Shown here piece by piece: positions 35,722 through 45,829 of a DNA stretch of 64,000 bases. The position numbers and the translations under genes were made by a program. Each line of letters begins with the position of its first letter. Position 1 is the first letter of the stretch. The notes beneath the pieces are model-generated. The model did not search any database. It worked only from the letters and a program-made list of their open reading frames with translations, and was not told the origin of the DNA. Origin of the DNA: Gammaproteobacteria bacterium (lineage in GTDB: Bacteria; Pseudomonadota; Gammaproteobacteria; Pseudomonadales; Azotimanducaceae); assembly GCA_024640825.1 (NCBI GenBank), contig JAHEEG010000004.1:1812-65811 (forward strand). The letters run 5' to 3'.

Positions 35722-36741
35722 ATGATCGAAACCTTGTCGCTGCCACCCTACTTTCATCCCACCACCGTCTGCCTGGTGGACGACAACGAGTCGTTTCTCC
35801 GCAGCCTCTCTCTCGAAATCCCGGAGACGCTGGCTTTCCGCGGTTTTACGGACCCCCAGCTAGCATTGGATCTCGTCAACCGCAAGCTCTCTCTACCGCC
35901 GCTTGTAGATCGCTGCTTCAGCATGGAGCACGGCTCCGACCAGGATCCTGTGATTCATCTTGATCTGAGCATCATTGAGCAAGAGATCAATCATCGTGAA
36001 CGCTTCGAACGGATCTCCGTGGTTTTGGTCGACTACGCCATGCCCTCGGTCGACGGGCTCCAGTTCTGTGCGGGAGTCAGGGATCCGTACATCCGTAAAG
36101 CTATGCTTACTGGCGTCGCGGACGAGAAACTCGCCGTAGAAGCATTCAATGCAGGATTGATTCACCGTTTCATTCCGAAGCATACGGCTACCGCTATAGA
36201 CAAGCTGTTGTCGTTCATAGAAGAACTGCAACAGATGTATTTCGGCCAGTACACGGCCCGGCTGCAGAACGCGCTCGCCATCAACCCGCCGGGGTTTCTC
36301 GTCGATCCCGCCATCGCCAGCAGGGTAAAGCAACTCATCGCCGAGCATCAGCTGGTGGAATATTACCTGGTCAATGATCCGCCCGGATTTCTGATGCTGC
36401 GAGCCGATGGAACCGTTGTGCGGCTGGTACTGCTGGATGACCGGGAACGACAACAGCAGTTGGACCTGGCTCGCCGCCACCATGCCCCCGAGTCAATCGT
36501 CAACGGCCTGGCGTCGGGCACGCTGCTGGCTTTGCTCTCCGGCGACTCTCCCGCCGACTATTTCGGCTCGGAGCCTTTTCCCTGGTCAGACAGCGTGGCA
36601 GCGGCGGAACAGATCCAAAGCGCACAGCAAGGCACCCGTACCTGGCACCTGGCGCTCTTCCAGGACCCCGCTACGGATATCGACTTCGACCCGGCTCGCT
36701 GCTGTTACAACGCCTATCTGGAGACGCTGGATTCGCAATGA
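35722..36741 (+). CDS. orphan response regulator receiver protein with uncharacterised C-terminal domain
   Basis: Receiver landmarks D20/D21 (LVDDNE), D104 (VVLVDYAMPSVDG), T130 and K153. The about 190 aa C-terminal domain has no recognisable motif. Confidence 0.8.
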   Translation: MIETLSLPPYFHPTTVCLVDDNESFLRSLSLEIPETLAFRGFTDPQLALDLVNRKLSLPPLVDRCFSMEHGSDQDPVIHLDLSIIEQEINHRERFERISVVLVDYAMPSVDGLQFCAGVRDPYIRKAMLTGVADEKLAVEAFNAGLIHRFIPKHTATAIDKLLSFIEELQQMYFGQYTARLQNALAINPPGFLVDPAIASRVKQLIAEHQLVEYYLVNDPPGFLMLRADGTVVRLVLLDDRERQQQLDLARRHHAPESIVNGLASGTLLALLSGDSPADYFGSEPFPWSDSVAAAEQIQSAQQGTRTWHLALFQDPATDIDFDPARCCYNAYLETLDSQ

Positions 36742-36742
36742 C

Positions 36743-36772
36743 GCGCCTGCCTGATGCGGGCTCGGCAGGCGC
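36743..36772. terminator. hairpin between convergent genes (no clear U-tract)
   Basis: GCGCCTGCC-N12-GGCAGGCGC, a 9-bp stem, lies between stop 36741 (+) and stop 36785 (-). Confidence 0.35.
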
Positions 36773-36784
36773 CGGAATTCGAGC

Positions 36785-38329
36785 TCACAAGCTGGCCCGC
36801 AGATGTCCAGGCAACACTGCTCGCTCGATGCCCTCGAACAGCAGTTCGGTGGTAACGGCAAGCAGAGCAGCAGGCACCGCTCCTTGAAGTATCAGCCCCA
36901 CATTATTGAGAGCGAGACCGGTAACGATTGGTTCGCCGAGGCCGCCCGCGCCGATGAAAGCCGCCAGAGTCGCTGTGCCGATACTGATAACGGCCGCGGT
37001 GCGGATACCCGCCAGCATGCTGGGCAGTGCCAGCGGAACGTATATCCAGCGCAGCTGCTGCCCGTTGGTCATCCCCATGGCGAGCGCCACCCGGATTAGC
37101 GTCGGGTCCAGAGTGGTGAGGGCGGTTACCGTGTTGCGCAATATGGGCAGCAGCGAGTAAAGAAACAGCGCGAAGATGGCCGGCACCACGCCAATCCCGA
37201 ACAGTGGAATCATGAGAGCCAGCAAGGCGATGGAAGGAATGGTCTGCAGTAACCCGCAAAAATAGAGCAGCACCTGAGACAGCCCGCGATTGCGGAATAC
37301 CACCAGGCTCAGACCCACACCTGCAATGACAGCCCCGACCAGGGCCAGTGACGTCAGCTTCAAGTGCTGCAAGGTGTTCCTGGCCAGATCGTGCCAGAAA
37401 ACGTCTCCGGCATCTGAGCCCTCTGCCAGCCCTTCCTCTTTCAAGAACGCGCCGGCGACGTCTGCGAACGTTCGACCTTCGAATACCACTGCGGCGTTCA
37501 GCGCCTGCATGCGTGCGTCATCCAACCGCCCGGCCAGCCGAGCCAGCGCGTTCTGTACATCGAGCGGCACATCAGCGCGCAACAACGGCAACGCAAGATA
37601 GTCGGGGAAATAGCCTCTATCATCTTGCAGCACTGCGAGGTCGTAACGAACAAGCTCACCGTCCGTGGAGTAAGCATCCGTCACGTCGATAGCGCCGTCG
37701 TCCAGCGCCTGATAGGCGAGCCCATGCTCGATACCGGTCACCGCAGGATCGAGACCGTAAGTCAGCGCCAGGCCCGGCCAACCGTCCTGGCGCTCGAGGA
37801 ATTCGTGACTCACTACCACCTTCAGCTCCGGATGAGCGGCGAGGTCACCAATCGTCGTCAATCCCAGACTGCGGGCAACGGCACGTTTGACCACCATGGC
37901 ATAGGTGTTGTTGAACCCTAAAGGCGCCTGCAGCTGCAGACCAAAGGGCGCCAGTGCATCCCGCAGCTGATCAAGGCCGGCGTCGAGAGAAAGATTCAGA
38001 ATCGCCTGACTGATGGTGCCCGAATATTCAATGTACAGATCGATCTCGTCATTGCGCAGAGCTTCGTAGCAGATGAGCGTGCCGCCAAGGCCAAAGCGTC
38101 GCTCCACGCTGAAGCCGTTGTGCTCCAGCAGCTGAGCCGCTATTTCCGAAAGCAGGTAAGACTCATTGAAATTCTTGCTGCCGACACGGACCGGATCGTT
38201 CGCGGCAGCGGAAGCTGCAGCCGCGCCAAGAAGACCTATTGCGAAAGCCCGCGCAAGGACGCACGCTACCTCAGTGGCAGCCAGTCTGCACCGCAGGCCG
38301 CGCAAACGAGGCAGGGCTCTGCGGATCAA
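36785..38329 (-). CDS. osmoprotectant-type ABC transporter, fused substrate-binding and permease protein
   Basis: The N-terminal OpuBC/ProX-like SBP (VRVGSKNFNESYLLSEIAAQLLE) is fused to a binding-protein-dependent permease domain. The TTG start overlaps the ATPase stop. Confidence 0.8.
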   Translation of the reverse strand: MIRRALPRLRGLRCRLAATEVACVLARAFAIGLLGAAAASAAANDPVRVGSKNFNESYLLSEIAAQLLEHNGFSVERRFGLGGTLICYEALRNDEIDLYIEYSGTISQAILNLSLDAGLDQLRDALAPFGLQLQAPLGFNNTYAMVVKRAVARSLGLTTIGDLAAHPELKVVVSHEFLERQDGWPGLALTYGLDPAVTGIEHGLAYQALDDGAIDVTDAYSTDGELVRYDLAVLQDDRGYFPDYLALPLLRADVPLDVQNALARLAGRLDDARMQALNAAVVFEGRTFADVAGAFLKEEGLAEGSDAGDVFWHDLARNTLQHLKLTSLALVGAVIAGVGLSLVVFRNRGLSQVLLYFCGLLQTIPSIALLALMIPLFGIGVVPAIFALFLYSLLPILRNTVTALTTLDPTLIRVALAMGMTNGQQLRWIYVPLALPSMLAGIRTAAVISIGTATLAAFIGAGGLGEPIVTGLALNNVGLILQGAVPAALLAVTTELLFEGIERAVLPGHLRASL

Positions 38330-39099
38330 AGCTGCTCCTTTACCAGCATCCGAACGTAGTCATCGGCCGGCGCTGCGATGACATCGCTAACCGCACCCTC
38401 CTGCAGCACCCGGCCCCTCGCCAGGATCACAAGGTAGTCGGCGAGCCTCGCTGCTTCGCGCATATCATGCGTCACCAGCAGCGCGCTCACCCCTTCACGC
38501 GCCTTGACCTGCGCAAAGGTCTGGTAGATACCTATTCGGGTAATAGGGTCTACCGCAGAGAAAGGTTCGTCCAGCAGCAGGAGACGGGGCTGCAGCATGA
38601 ACGCCCGGCACAGGCCAACCCGCTGCTGCTGACCGCCGGAAACCGTGTGGGGGTAGCGGTCTGAGATCTCGTCGTCCAAACCCATCATGCCAAGCAGCTG
38701 TAGATAACGCGCCTCTCGCCGAGACGCCGACCATCCGGCCAACTTCGCCAGCAGCTCGACGTTCTCCCGGTTGCTGAGATGCGGAAACAGACCGGCACCC
38801 TGCACCGCGTAGCCGATGCCACGACGGAAGCTCACCAGATCATCCTGTGGTATCGGTTGACCGAAAACGCGGACCTCGCCGGCATCAGGTCGCAGCACCG
38901 CGTTGACCAGCTGCAACAAGGTTGTTTTACCGCTGCCGCTCTCCCCTACCACCGCGGTGGTAGTGCCTGCCGGAAGACGCAGGCTTATGCCGTCCAGAAT
39001 CTTCTGTTCGCTGCCGAAAGATTTTTCAACATCGCAGAACTCGACGCAGACTTCCTCTGCCCGTTGTTCCTGTCCACCAGACTGCGAAACAGCGGTCAT
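38326..39099 (-). CDS. ABC transporter ATP-binding protein
   Basis: Walker A GESGSGKTT, signature VSGGQQQRVGLCRAF, Walker B LLLLDEPFSAVD. Confidence 0.9.
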   Translation of the reverse strand: MTAVSQSGGQEQRAEEVCVEFCDVEKSFGSEQKILDGISLRLPAGTTTAVVGESGSGKTTLLQLVNAVLRPDAGEVRVFGQPIPQDDLVSFRRGIGYAVQGAGLFPHLSNRENVELLAKLAGWSASRREARYLQLLGMMGLDDEISDRYPHTVSGGQQQRVGLCRAFMLQPRLLLLDEPFSAVDPITRIGIYQTFAQVKAREGVSALLVTHDMREAARLADYLVILARGRVLQEGAVSDVIAAPADDYVRMLVKEQL

Positions 39100-40532
39100 G
39101 GTCTGTACGCCTCACTAATCCGGCGGGCGTGATCACGCAACCCGCGCAGGATTCCCTCGGCGCGGGCAGCGGCGGCTGAACCCAGGTGCGCCACCCCGGC
39201 GACTTGCAACTCATCCAACCGCTGCTCGAATCGTTGCAGGGTCAGCCAGGGAACATCGCCGGCGCTGAGCTTGCCGGCGACGAAGTCCCGCCAGTCAGCG
39301 CGCTCGTCCGAGCTCATTAGCTCCGGGAAACTTCGGGCTTTGAGTCGGCCGGCCAACGTCTTGAGCCGGGCATCGGCATAATCCAGATCCACCCACCGAC
39401 CTTCGACCAGCGCCGCCTGAAGGCTGCGACAGCGCGCCTTGTCGGCTTCGTCAAGGAACCCGTCGTAAAGCGCGGCTTCAACATCCGGGGCAGCCTCGAA
39501 CTTGGGCTTGCGGTAGACGCGCATAAGCTTCTGCGCGATGCCCGGCTTGCTCAGCCGCCGCTGGCGTTCCTGAATCACTTTCGGGTCGAAACCCAGACGC
39601 GACCAGTTTTCTTCGGTAAGCACCTCAATACCGGCGACAAAGGGACAGCGGTTGATGCGAATCTCCTTGAGCGGCGGGCGCTCAGGATTGTCAGCCTTGA
39701 AGAGCGCTTCTCGGATGCGGTCTTCGGGCCACTGGATCAGGGATTCGACGTCCCTGCTGAGATCGGCGACAACGATGGCGTTGCTGTTCTGCGGATGTCG
39801 GCATAAAGACATGACCGGCGCCGTGCCAAACTGCTTGCGCGGGTACATTCCGGAGACGTGCACGCACAGCCGGCTTCCGAACGGCTCCAGAAGGGCACGT
39901 ATCTGTCTCTTCGACCGGGCATTGAAATAGTAGTCAAAGAGTTTCGGCTGCCGTGCACGAATCAGCCTGGCCAGCGCCAGCGTTGCGCGGACGTCGGACA
40001 TGGCGTCATGGGCCTGCCCATGCTCCAGGCCGTTCTCGTCCGTCAGGCGCTCGAGCCTGTACACGGGCAGCCCTTCCTCGTCGGTAGGCCAGCGAATGCC
40101 GTCCCGGCGCAGCGCCCCGGTGGCCCGTACCAGATCGATAATGTCCCAGCGGGAGTTCCCGTTCTGCCACTCTCGGGCATAGGGGTCCATGAGCGCACGG
40201 TAAAAACCGTGGCGCATGAACTCGTCATCGAATCGCAGGCTGTTGTAACCGACGACGCAGGTCCCGGGGACGCTGAAGTGCTGATAGATCTGCCGCAACG
40301 CCTGCCATTCGCTGACCCCCCTAGAATGGGTAGTTTCCGGCGTGATACCGGTTACCAACGCGGCGTCCGGATTCGGCAGAACATCATCGGCAAGCTGGAC
40401 ATAGGTGCAGTACTCTTCACCTACTTCCTGCAGATTGGCATCGGTACGCAAGCCCGCAAACTGGACGATACGATCCCAGCGCGCATCGATACCCGAGGTT
40501 TCCAGATCGTACCAGTAGAAACTCTGTCCCAT
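39096..40532 (-). CDS. sbcB: exodeoxyribonuclease I
   Basis: FYWYDLETSGIDARWDRIVQFAGLRTD (DEDDh exo motif I). The 478 aa length fits ExoI. Confidence 0.9.
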   Translation of the reverse strand: MGQSFYWYDLETSGIDARWDRIVQFAGLRTDANLQEVGEEYCTYVQLADDVLPNPDAALVTGITPETTHSRGVSEWQALRQIYQHFSVPGTCVVGYNSLRFDDEFMRHGFYRALMDPYAREWQNGNSRWDIIDLVRATGALRRDGIRWPTDEEGLPVYRLERLTDENGLEHGQAHDAMSDVRATLALARLIRARQPKLFDYYFNARSKRQIRALLEPFGSRLCVHVSGMYPRKQFGTAPVMSLCRHPQNSNAIVVADLSRDVESLIQWPEDRIREALFKADNPERPPLKEIRINRCPFVAGIEVLTEENWSRLGFDPKVIQERQRRLSKPGIAQKLMRVYRKPKFEAAPDVEAALYDGFLDEADKARCRSLQAALVEGRWVDLDYADARLKTLAGRLKARSFPELMSSDERADWRDFVAGKLSAGDVPWLTLQRFEQRLDELQVAGVAHLGSAAAARAEGILRGLRDHARRISEAYRP

Positions 40533-40594
40533 GTTTGGCTTTACCCGAGGCTCCGGTTGCTTTCATATCTGGTCGTTGGCACCCTGCAGCGGCC

Positions 40595-41977
40595 ATGTCC
40601 AACTCCAGAACCCAGCAGGGCACGCTGCTCGCAGGCCCCATTCTCGCACTGTTAGCCGGCTACCTCATGTATTCGGCCGATTTTTCCAGCGAGGCTGCCA
40701 TAACGCTGGGCACGACGGTGCTTTGCGTCGTATGGTGGGTGTTCGAACCCATCCCGATCCCAGCCACCTCCCTGGTGCCCCTCGCCCTTTTGCCAATGCT
40801 GGGCGTGCTGACCCCCGCCGAGGTGTCCAGCGCCTATGGGCACACCCTCATTCTACTGATGCTCGGGGGGTTCATTCTGTCCACCGCGCTGGAGCGCAAT
40901 GGCGCTCATCGAAGGATCGCCCTCACCATGGTGCGCGCGTTCGGCGGGAACAGCAGCCGGCGCCTGGTTTTTGGATTCATGGCGGCATCCGCGCTGCTCA
41001 GCATGTGGATATCCAACACCGCGACTACCCTCATGCTGCTGCCCGTGGCCATGGCGGTGCTGGAGAAATCTGAAGACCCGGACCTGGCCACACCCCTGCT
41101 GCTGGGGGTGGCCTACGCGGCTAGCGTAGGCGGTATAGGTACGCCCATCGGCACGCCACCCAACGTGATCTTCATGGGCATCTATGAGCAGCTGGTAGGC
41201 AGCAGGATTACCTTTGCCGGCTGGATGCTCTGGGGAATTCCCGTCGTTCTGGTAATGCTACCGCTTGTCGGGCTGTGGTTGACCCGTCGGCTCGGTCACC
41301 ACGCCGCCCCCCAGATGCCCGAAGTCGGCGCCTGGCAACCGGCAGAAGTCCGGGTGCTGCTGATCTTCGCAATTACCGCATTTCTGTGGATCACTCGAAA
41401 AGAACCCCTGGGCGGTTGGAGTGACTTGCTTGGCGTCGTGTACTCGAGCGACTACATGGTGGCCTTTATTGCCGTCACCGCCATGTTCCTGGTCCCGGAC
41501 GGGCGCGGTGAACGGTTGATGGACTGGGAGACAGCCACCAAGATTCCATGGGGTATGTTGATCCTGTTCGGCGCCGGAATCGCCATTGCTGAGGCCTTTA
41601 CTCAGTCGGGCCTATCCGAAGCCATCGGCCGCCTCGTGTCCGGGCTGGCCACACTGCCTGTGTTTGCGCTGGTGTTGTGCATCTGTCTGGCAGTTACTTT
41701 CCTTACCGAAACCACCAGCAACACCGCGACAGCGACGCTGCTCATGCCGATTCTGGCCGCCGGCGCCTTGGGCGCAGGCATGGACCCGAAGCTGTTCATG
41801 ATACCCGCCGCCATGAGCGCTTCATGCGCTTTCATGTTGCCGGTGGCTACTGCCCCCAACGTCGTCGTCTACAGCACCGGGCGCTTCACGGTAGAGACCA
41901 TGGTTCGTGAGGGCTTCGCACTGAATCTCGTCGGCGCTGTGGTCATCGCGACCCTCTGCTATCTGCTCATCGGCTGA
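40595..41977 (+). CDS. SLC13/DASS family anion:sodium symporter
   Basis: Polytopic protein of about 460 aa with a DASS-like layout. Start taken at MSNSRTQQG (ATG 40595). Confidence 0.8.
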   Translation: MSNSRTQQGTLLAGPILALLAGYLMYSADFSSEAAITLGTTVLCVVWWVFEPIPIPATSLVPLALLPMLGVLTPAEVSSAYGHTLILLMLGGFILSTALERNGAHRRIALTMVRAFGGNSSRRLVFGFMAASALLSMWISNTATTLMLLPVAMAVLEKSEDPDLATPLLLGVAYAASVGGIGTPIGTPPNVIFMGIYEQLVGSRITFAGWMLWGIPVVLVMLPLVGLWLTRRLGHHAAPQMPEVGAWQPAEVRVLLIFAITAFLWITRKEPLGGWSDLLGVVYSSDYMVAFIAVTAMFLVPDGRGERLMDWETATKIPWGMLILFGAGIAIAEAFTQSGLSEAIGRLVSGLATLPVFALVLCICLAVTFLTETTSNTATATLLMPILAAGALGAGMDPKLFMIPAAMSASCAFMLPVATAPNVVVYSTGRFTVETMVREGFALNLVGAVVIATLCYLLIG

Positions 41978-43024
41978 GGCGCGCAGCCGCGCGAGACGCT
42001 GGTCCGGCGTCAAACGTGCAAGCGCCTGCACCGCAGAGAAGAAGTCGGACCAGTCGCCACTCTGTTCAGCAAACAGCACCGCAAAAGCCGGGACCAGATC
42101 CTGATAGGTGGCGAGGGAAACGAGCAGGGCATTGTTCAGCGACGCCATCAACGCATCATGGCGGCCACCACCAAAGGCTTCACGCTGCTCCGCATAGCAA
42201 GCCCTGACAGCGCCCATAATCTGCGCTTTGCCAAATGACTTGCGGTCATCGGACAGCTTGCTTTCGTAAACAAAGGCCAGCGCTTCACGAGCAGCGCGAA
42301 GCAGCGCCAGCAAACGCTGCCAATGATGCAGATCTGCCTCGTATCTGGATAGGTCTCGAGCATCCCCGCGCTCCTGGAACCACGCCGCCGCACCTTGCCT
42401 GCCAACAAAGGTGGCAAAAGACTCATTGAAAGCCACGTCGTCCTTGACCCAGACCACGCCGTGCGCAAGCTCGTGAAAGAGGAGCCGAGCCAGCTGCGGC
42501 TCGGACCAGCGGATGAATGTGCTGAGCAGAGGGTCGTCGAACCAACCCAGCGTAGAGTAAGCGGCAACGCCACCGAGGTAGACCTCGTATTCTTCCGCTT
42601 GAAGCCGCCTGGCATCCCGTTCGGCACGGGCGACGCTGAAAAATCCACGATAAGGCGCACAGCCGACGATCGGGTAGCACCAGCGGTGAGGTTGCAGGGA
42701 CAGGGTCGGCGCAGCAAACAGATTCCAGACCACGTAGGGGCGATCCAAATCCACGTACGTCCGGTATCGGCGACCGGTTGGCAGGTCAAGCGACTTGTCG
42801 GCGTAGTCGAGCACTTCCTGGGTGAAGACCAACCGCCGATAGAGAAGATCGGTATCTTCATTCTCCCGCCGCAGCCTGGCCAGCACTTCATCCACAGGCT
42901 GACGGGACTGCATGAGGCGGATCTGACCACTCGCCGCATGACCGTAGTAAATCAGCGACTGGCAGCCTGCAAGGCCCAGAAAGATGAGCAGCACAACGCC
43001 CTGCCTCAGTGGCACACGTCTCAC
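41822..43024 (-). CDS. putative zinc aminopeptidase lipoprotein (Aminopep family)
   Basis: GTG start. Lipobox LGLAGC. HExxH site LFHELAHGVVWV...NESFATFVG. The last about 50 aa overlap the convergent DASS gene. Confidence 0.75.
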   Translation of the reverse strand: MRRVPLRQGVVLLIFLGLAGCQSLIYYGHAASGQIRLMQSRQPVDEVLARLRRENEDTDLLYRRLVFTQEVLDYADKSLDLPTGRRYRTYVDLDRPYVVWNLFAAPTLSLQPHRWCYPIVGCAPYRGFFSVARAERDARRLQAEEYEVYLGGVAAYSTLGWFDDPLLSTFIRWSEPQLARLLFHELAHGVVWVKDDVAFNESFATFVGRQGAAAWFQERGDARDLSRYEADLHHWQRLLALLRAAREALAFVYESKLSDDRKSFGKAQIMGAVRACYAEQREAFGGGRHDALMASLNNALLVSLATYQDLVPAFAVLFAEQSGDWSDFFSAVQALARLTPDQRLARLRASADEQIAEGRDDHSADEIQCEALTNHGLYREAPGAVDDDVGGSSHRQHESA

Positions 43025-43098
43025 GGATTCGACTCCAGCATCTCGACCTCGCCGGTTAAACCTGGTGCAGCAATGGGAGCTATGTTAAGAACTCAGTT

Positions 43099-44007
43099 AT
43101 GAATCTGCTGCGCGGCATCCTGTCATCCCTGCTGCTGGTGCTGAACACCATTGCGGTATGCGTGCCACTTTATCTCCTTGGCGCAGCTCGCCTGTTGCTT
43201 CCCACGCGCGCCCGGTCGCCTCTAACCAGGCGCATGGACCGCCTGATCGATTTCTGGGTGGGAAACAACCGCAAATCGTTCAGCCTGCTGGGCCTCACAT
43301 CCATCGAGCTTACCTGGGAAGGCGATGAAACATTGTCCGACGATCTATGGTATCTGGTGGTGTGCAACCATCAGAGCTGGACTGACATCGTCATTTTGCA
43401 GAACATTCTCTGGCAACGGGTCCCACCCATTAAATTTTTTACCAAACGCCAGCTGATATGGGTACCCTTTCTGGGGCTCGCCATGTGGTTTCTCGACTTC
43501 CCTTACGTGCGCAGGATGAGCCGCGAACAGATAGCTGCAGATCCCGCTCTGGCCGAGCTGGATCGGCAGGCCACGCTGAAGTCCTGCGAGAAATTCAGGG
43601 AACACCCCAGCACGGTTCTGAACTTTCCAGAAGGCACCCGTTTCACCGCGGCCAAACACCAGAATCAGATCGCCCGTTTCCGCAACCTGCTGAATCCAAA
43701 AATTGGTGGCCTGACTTACGTCTCCGATGGCCTCAGAAATCAGCTGCACAAGCTGCTGGACATCACAATCGTGTATCTTGGTCCAACTCCGACGTTCTGG
43801 GATCTCCTGCAGGGGCTGTGCCCAAAGGTCCAGATCCTGGTGCAGTGCCGCGACCTGCCGGAATCTCTACTGGAGGAACTGACCCTGAAGGAACGCAGGG
43901 AACGGCTGGGGATCTGGATCGAGGACATCTGGCGGGACAAGGACCAGCGCCTGCAGCGAGATGCAGAACCGTATTCTGCGCAGACGAGAATTGAGCAACC
44001 GGGCTGA
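43099..44007 (+). CDS. PlsC-family acyltransferase (YihG-like)
   Basis: HX4D block CNHQSWTDIVIL and FPEGTRFT block, with an N-terminal TM helix. Confidence 0.8.
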   Translation: MNLLRGILSSLLLVLNTIAVCVPLYLLGAARLLLPTRARSPLTRRMDRLIDFWVGNNRKSFSLLGLTSIELTWEGDETLSDDLWYLVVCNHQSWTDIVILQNILWQRVPPIKFFTKRQLIWVPFLGLAMWFLDFPYVRRMSREQIAADPALAELDRQATLKSCEKFREHPSTVLNFPEGTRFTAAKHQNQIARFRNLLNPKIGGLTYVSDGLRNQLHKLLDITIVYLGPTPTFWDLLQGLCPKVQILVQCRDLPESLLEELTLKERRERLGIWIEDIWRDKDQRLQRDAEPYSAQTRIEQPG

Positions 44008-45827
44008 TGTACGAGTCATATTTCAATTTCACGCAGACGCCATTTTCCATTGCCCCGGACCCCACTTTTCTTTATCTGAGTGACGGACACCGGGAGGCGC
44101 TCGCACATCTGTTGTACGGCTTCTCTCACGGCGGCTTCGTGCTGCTGACCGGCGAGGTGGGCACGGGGAAGACAACGCTGCTTCGCAACCTGATCAAACA
44201 GACGCCGCAAAGCCTGGACGTGGCGTTCATACTCAATCCACGGCTCACGGTCAAAGAGCTGCTGGAAACCCTCTGCGACGAGCTGGGTATCCCCTATCTT
44301 CAGGACGACAGCCTGTCGGTAAAACAGTACATCGACCTGCTGAACCGGCATCTGTTGAAGAGCCACAAGATGGGGCGCGACACAGTTGTCATCATCGATG
44401 AAGCGCAGAATCTGTCCCCCGCGGTCCTCGAACAGATCCGCCTGCTCACCAACCTGGAGACCGATAAGCGTAAACTGCTGCGGATCATCCTGCTCGGTCA
44501 GCCGGAACTGGGTGAGCTTCTGGCGCGCAAAGAGCTGCGCCAGCTCGCGCAGCGGATCACCGCCAGATATCACCTTGGGGCGCTGACCCGCGAGGACACC
44601 TATGCATACGTTATTCATCGGCTGAGTCGCGCCGGTGGCAACCCCCATACTTTCAACAGAGGCGGGCTGTGGCGCCTTTACAGAATTTCAAAAGGCACGC
44701 CACGAATCATCAACCTGGTCGCCGACCGCGCATTGCTGGGCGCCTACGTTGAAGGCAAACATCGGGTGGGCGCTAGGCTGGTTAATCGCGCAGCACGGGA
44801 AGTACTTGGCAAACCCGCACAACCCGTGCGCTGGATAGCCACCGGAATCCTGGCGGCGTGCGCCGCCGGTGTGGCCTGGGCCTTCTTCGGACTGCCGGAA
44901 AATTCTGCGCCTGGGGCCGGCTCAACAGCCGCGCCGGCGGCAAACGTCGAAACCCAACCCGACACCGAATGGCGCAAAGTTGAGAGAATAAACCCGGAAC
45001 AGCAAAACCCCGCTGATGCCATGAATAATTCACAAGCCGCGCCGGGGCAAAAGCGTTTCGAGGAACCGGCGTCTTTCGGGAACCCGGAAGACGCCTCAGC
45101 TGACGGCGTCGAATCCGAGATTTCCGGCGTGCCGACGCTGACAGTATTGCGACCCGGGCCGGAGAAACCCGCCCCGGATACCTCGAAGCTCATCAAGCAA
45201 CCTTCGATCAATTTCAGGCGTCCAGGGATCAGCAGCGAGCGAAGTAAGCGCCTTGCCTATGCCCGTGTCTTCGAGCAGTGGGGTGCGGACTACTCCGACA
45301 GGGATACTATCCCATGCAACTTCGCCCCGAGCGCCGGTTTGCAATGCCTCGGCCAAACCGGCAGCTGGTCAGATATTCGCGCGCTGAATCTTCCAGTCGT
45401 TCTGGAACTGTTAAATGAAAACAACGAGCCATTTTACGGCGCGGTGACTGCCCTGAAGGACGACATCATCACGCTGCATCTGGGTGACGACGTCTACCAG
45501 GTTCCCAGCGCAGACCTGCGCGATATCTGGTTCGGCGGTTTCGTGGTTCTTTGGCAGATGCCGCCGTATTATAAGGGTGCCCTCAAACGTGGTGATCAAC
45601 ATCGCTCCATCGTCTGGCTTCGGCAACAGCTGGAGAGCCTGTCCTCAAAGCCCATACCCGGCAGCGACGAGACCCTTTTCGACGCTGAATTATACAGAGC
45701 GGTGCTGGATTTTCAGAGCGAAGAGCAGCTGCTGGCCGACGGTGTTGTGGGCCCTGCAACCTGGATTCGCCTGGCCAGCCGCCTGGCGTTGCCTTCGCCC
45801 AAACTGGCTGCGAGCACAGACGGTTAA
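44007..45827 (+). CDS. gspA: ExeA/GspA AAA ATPase with C-terminal peptidoglycan-binding domain
   Basis: MYESYFNFTQTPFSIAPDP N-terminus, Walker A GEVGTGKTT, and C-terminal PG-binding LYRAVLDFQSEEQLLADGVVGPATWIRL. TGATG overlap with the upstream gene. Confidence 0.85.
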   Translation: MYESYFNFTQTPFSIAPDPTFLYLSDGHREALAHLLYGFSHGGFVLLTGEVGTGKTTLLRNLIKQTPQSLDVAFILNPRLTVKELLETLCDELGIPYLQDDSLSVKQYIDLLNRHLLKSHKMGRDTVVIIDEAQNLSPAVLEQIRLLTNLETDKRKLLRIILLGQPELGELLARKELRQLAQRITARYHLGALTREDTYAYVIHRLSRAGGNPHTFNRGGLWRLYRISKGTPRIINLVADRALLGAYVEGKHRVGARLVNRAAREVLGKPAQPVRWIATGILAACAAGVAWAFFGLPENSAPGAGSTAAPAANVETQPDTEWRKVERINPEQQNPADAMNNSQAAPGQKRFEEPASFGNPEDASADGVESEISGVPTLTVLRPGPEKPAPDTSKLIKQPSINFRRPGISSERSKRLAYARVFEQWGADYSDRDTIPCNFAPSAGLQCLGQTGSWSDIRALNLPVVLELLNENNEPFYGAVTALKDDIITLHLGDDVYQVPSADLRDIWFGGFVVLWQMPPYYKGALKRGDQHRSIVWLRQQLESLSSKPIPGSDETLFDAELYRAVLDFQSEEQLLADGVVGPATWIRLASRLALPSPKLAASTDG

Positions 45828-45829
45828 CC

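Noticed and set aside
41822-41977. Long convergent 3-prime overlaps: aminopeptidase/DASS transporter (156 nt), MTase/toroid protein (17241-17297, 57 nt), ampG/ATL (53433-53476, 44 nt).
   Set aside because: The overlapping tails have non-conserved-looking, Arg/Ala/Asp-rich sequence. They are most simply read-through to the first available stop in stop-poor GC-rich DNA. I see no evidence for functional antisense regulation.
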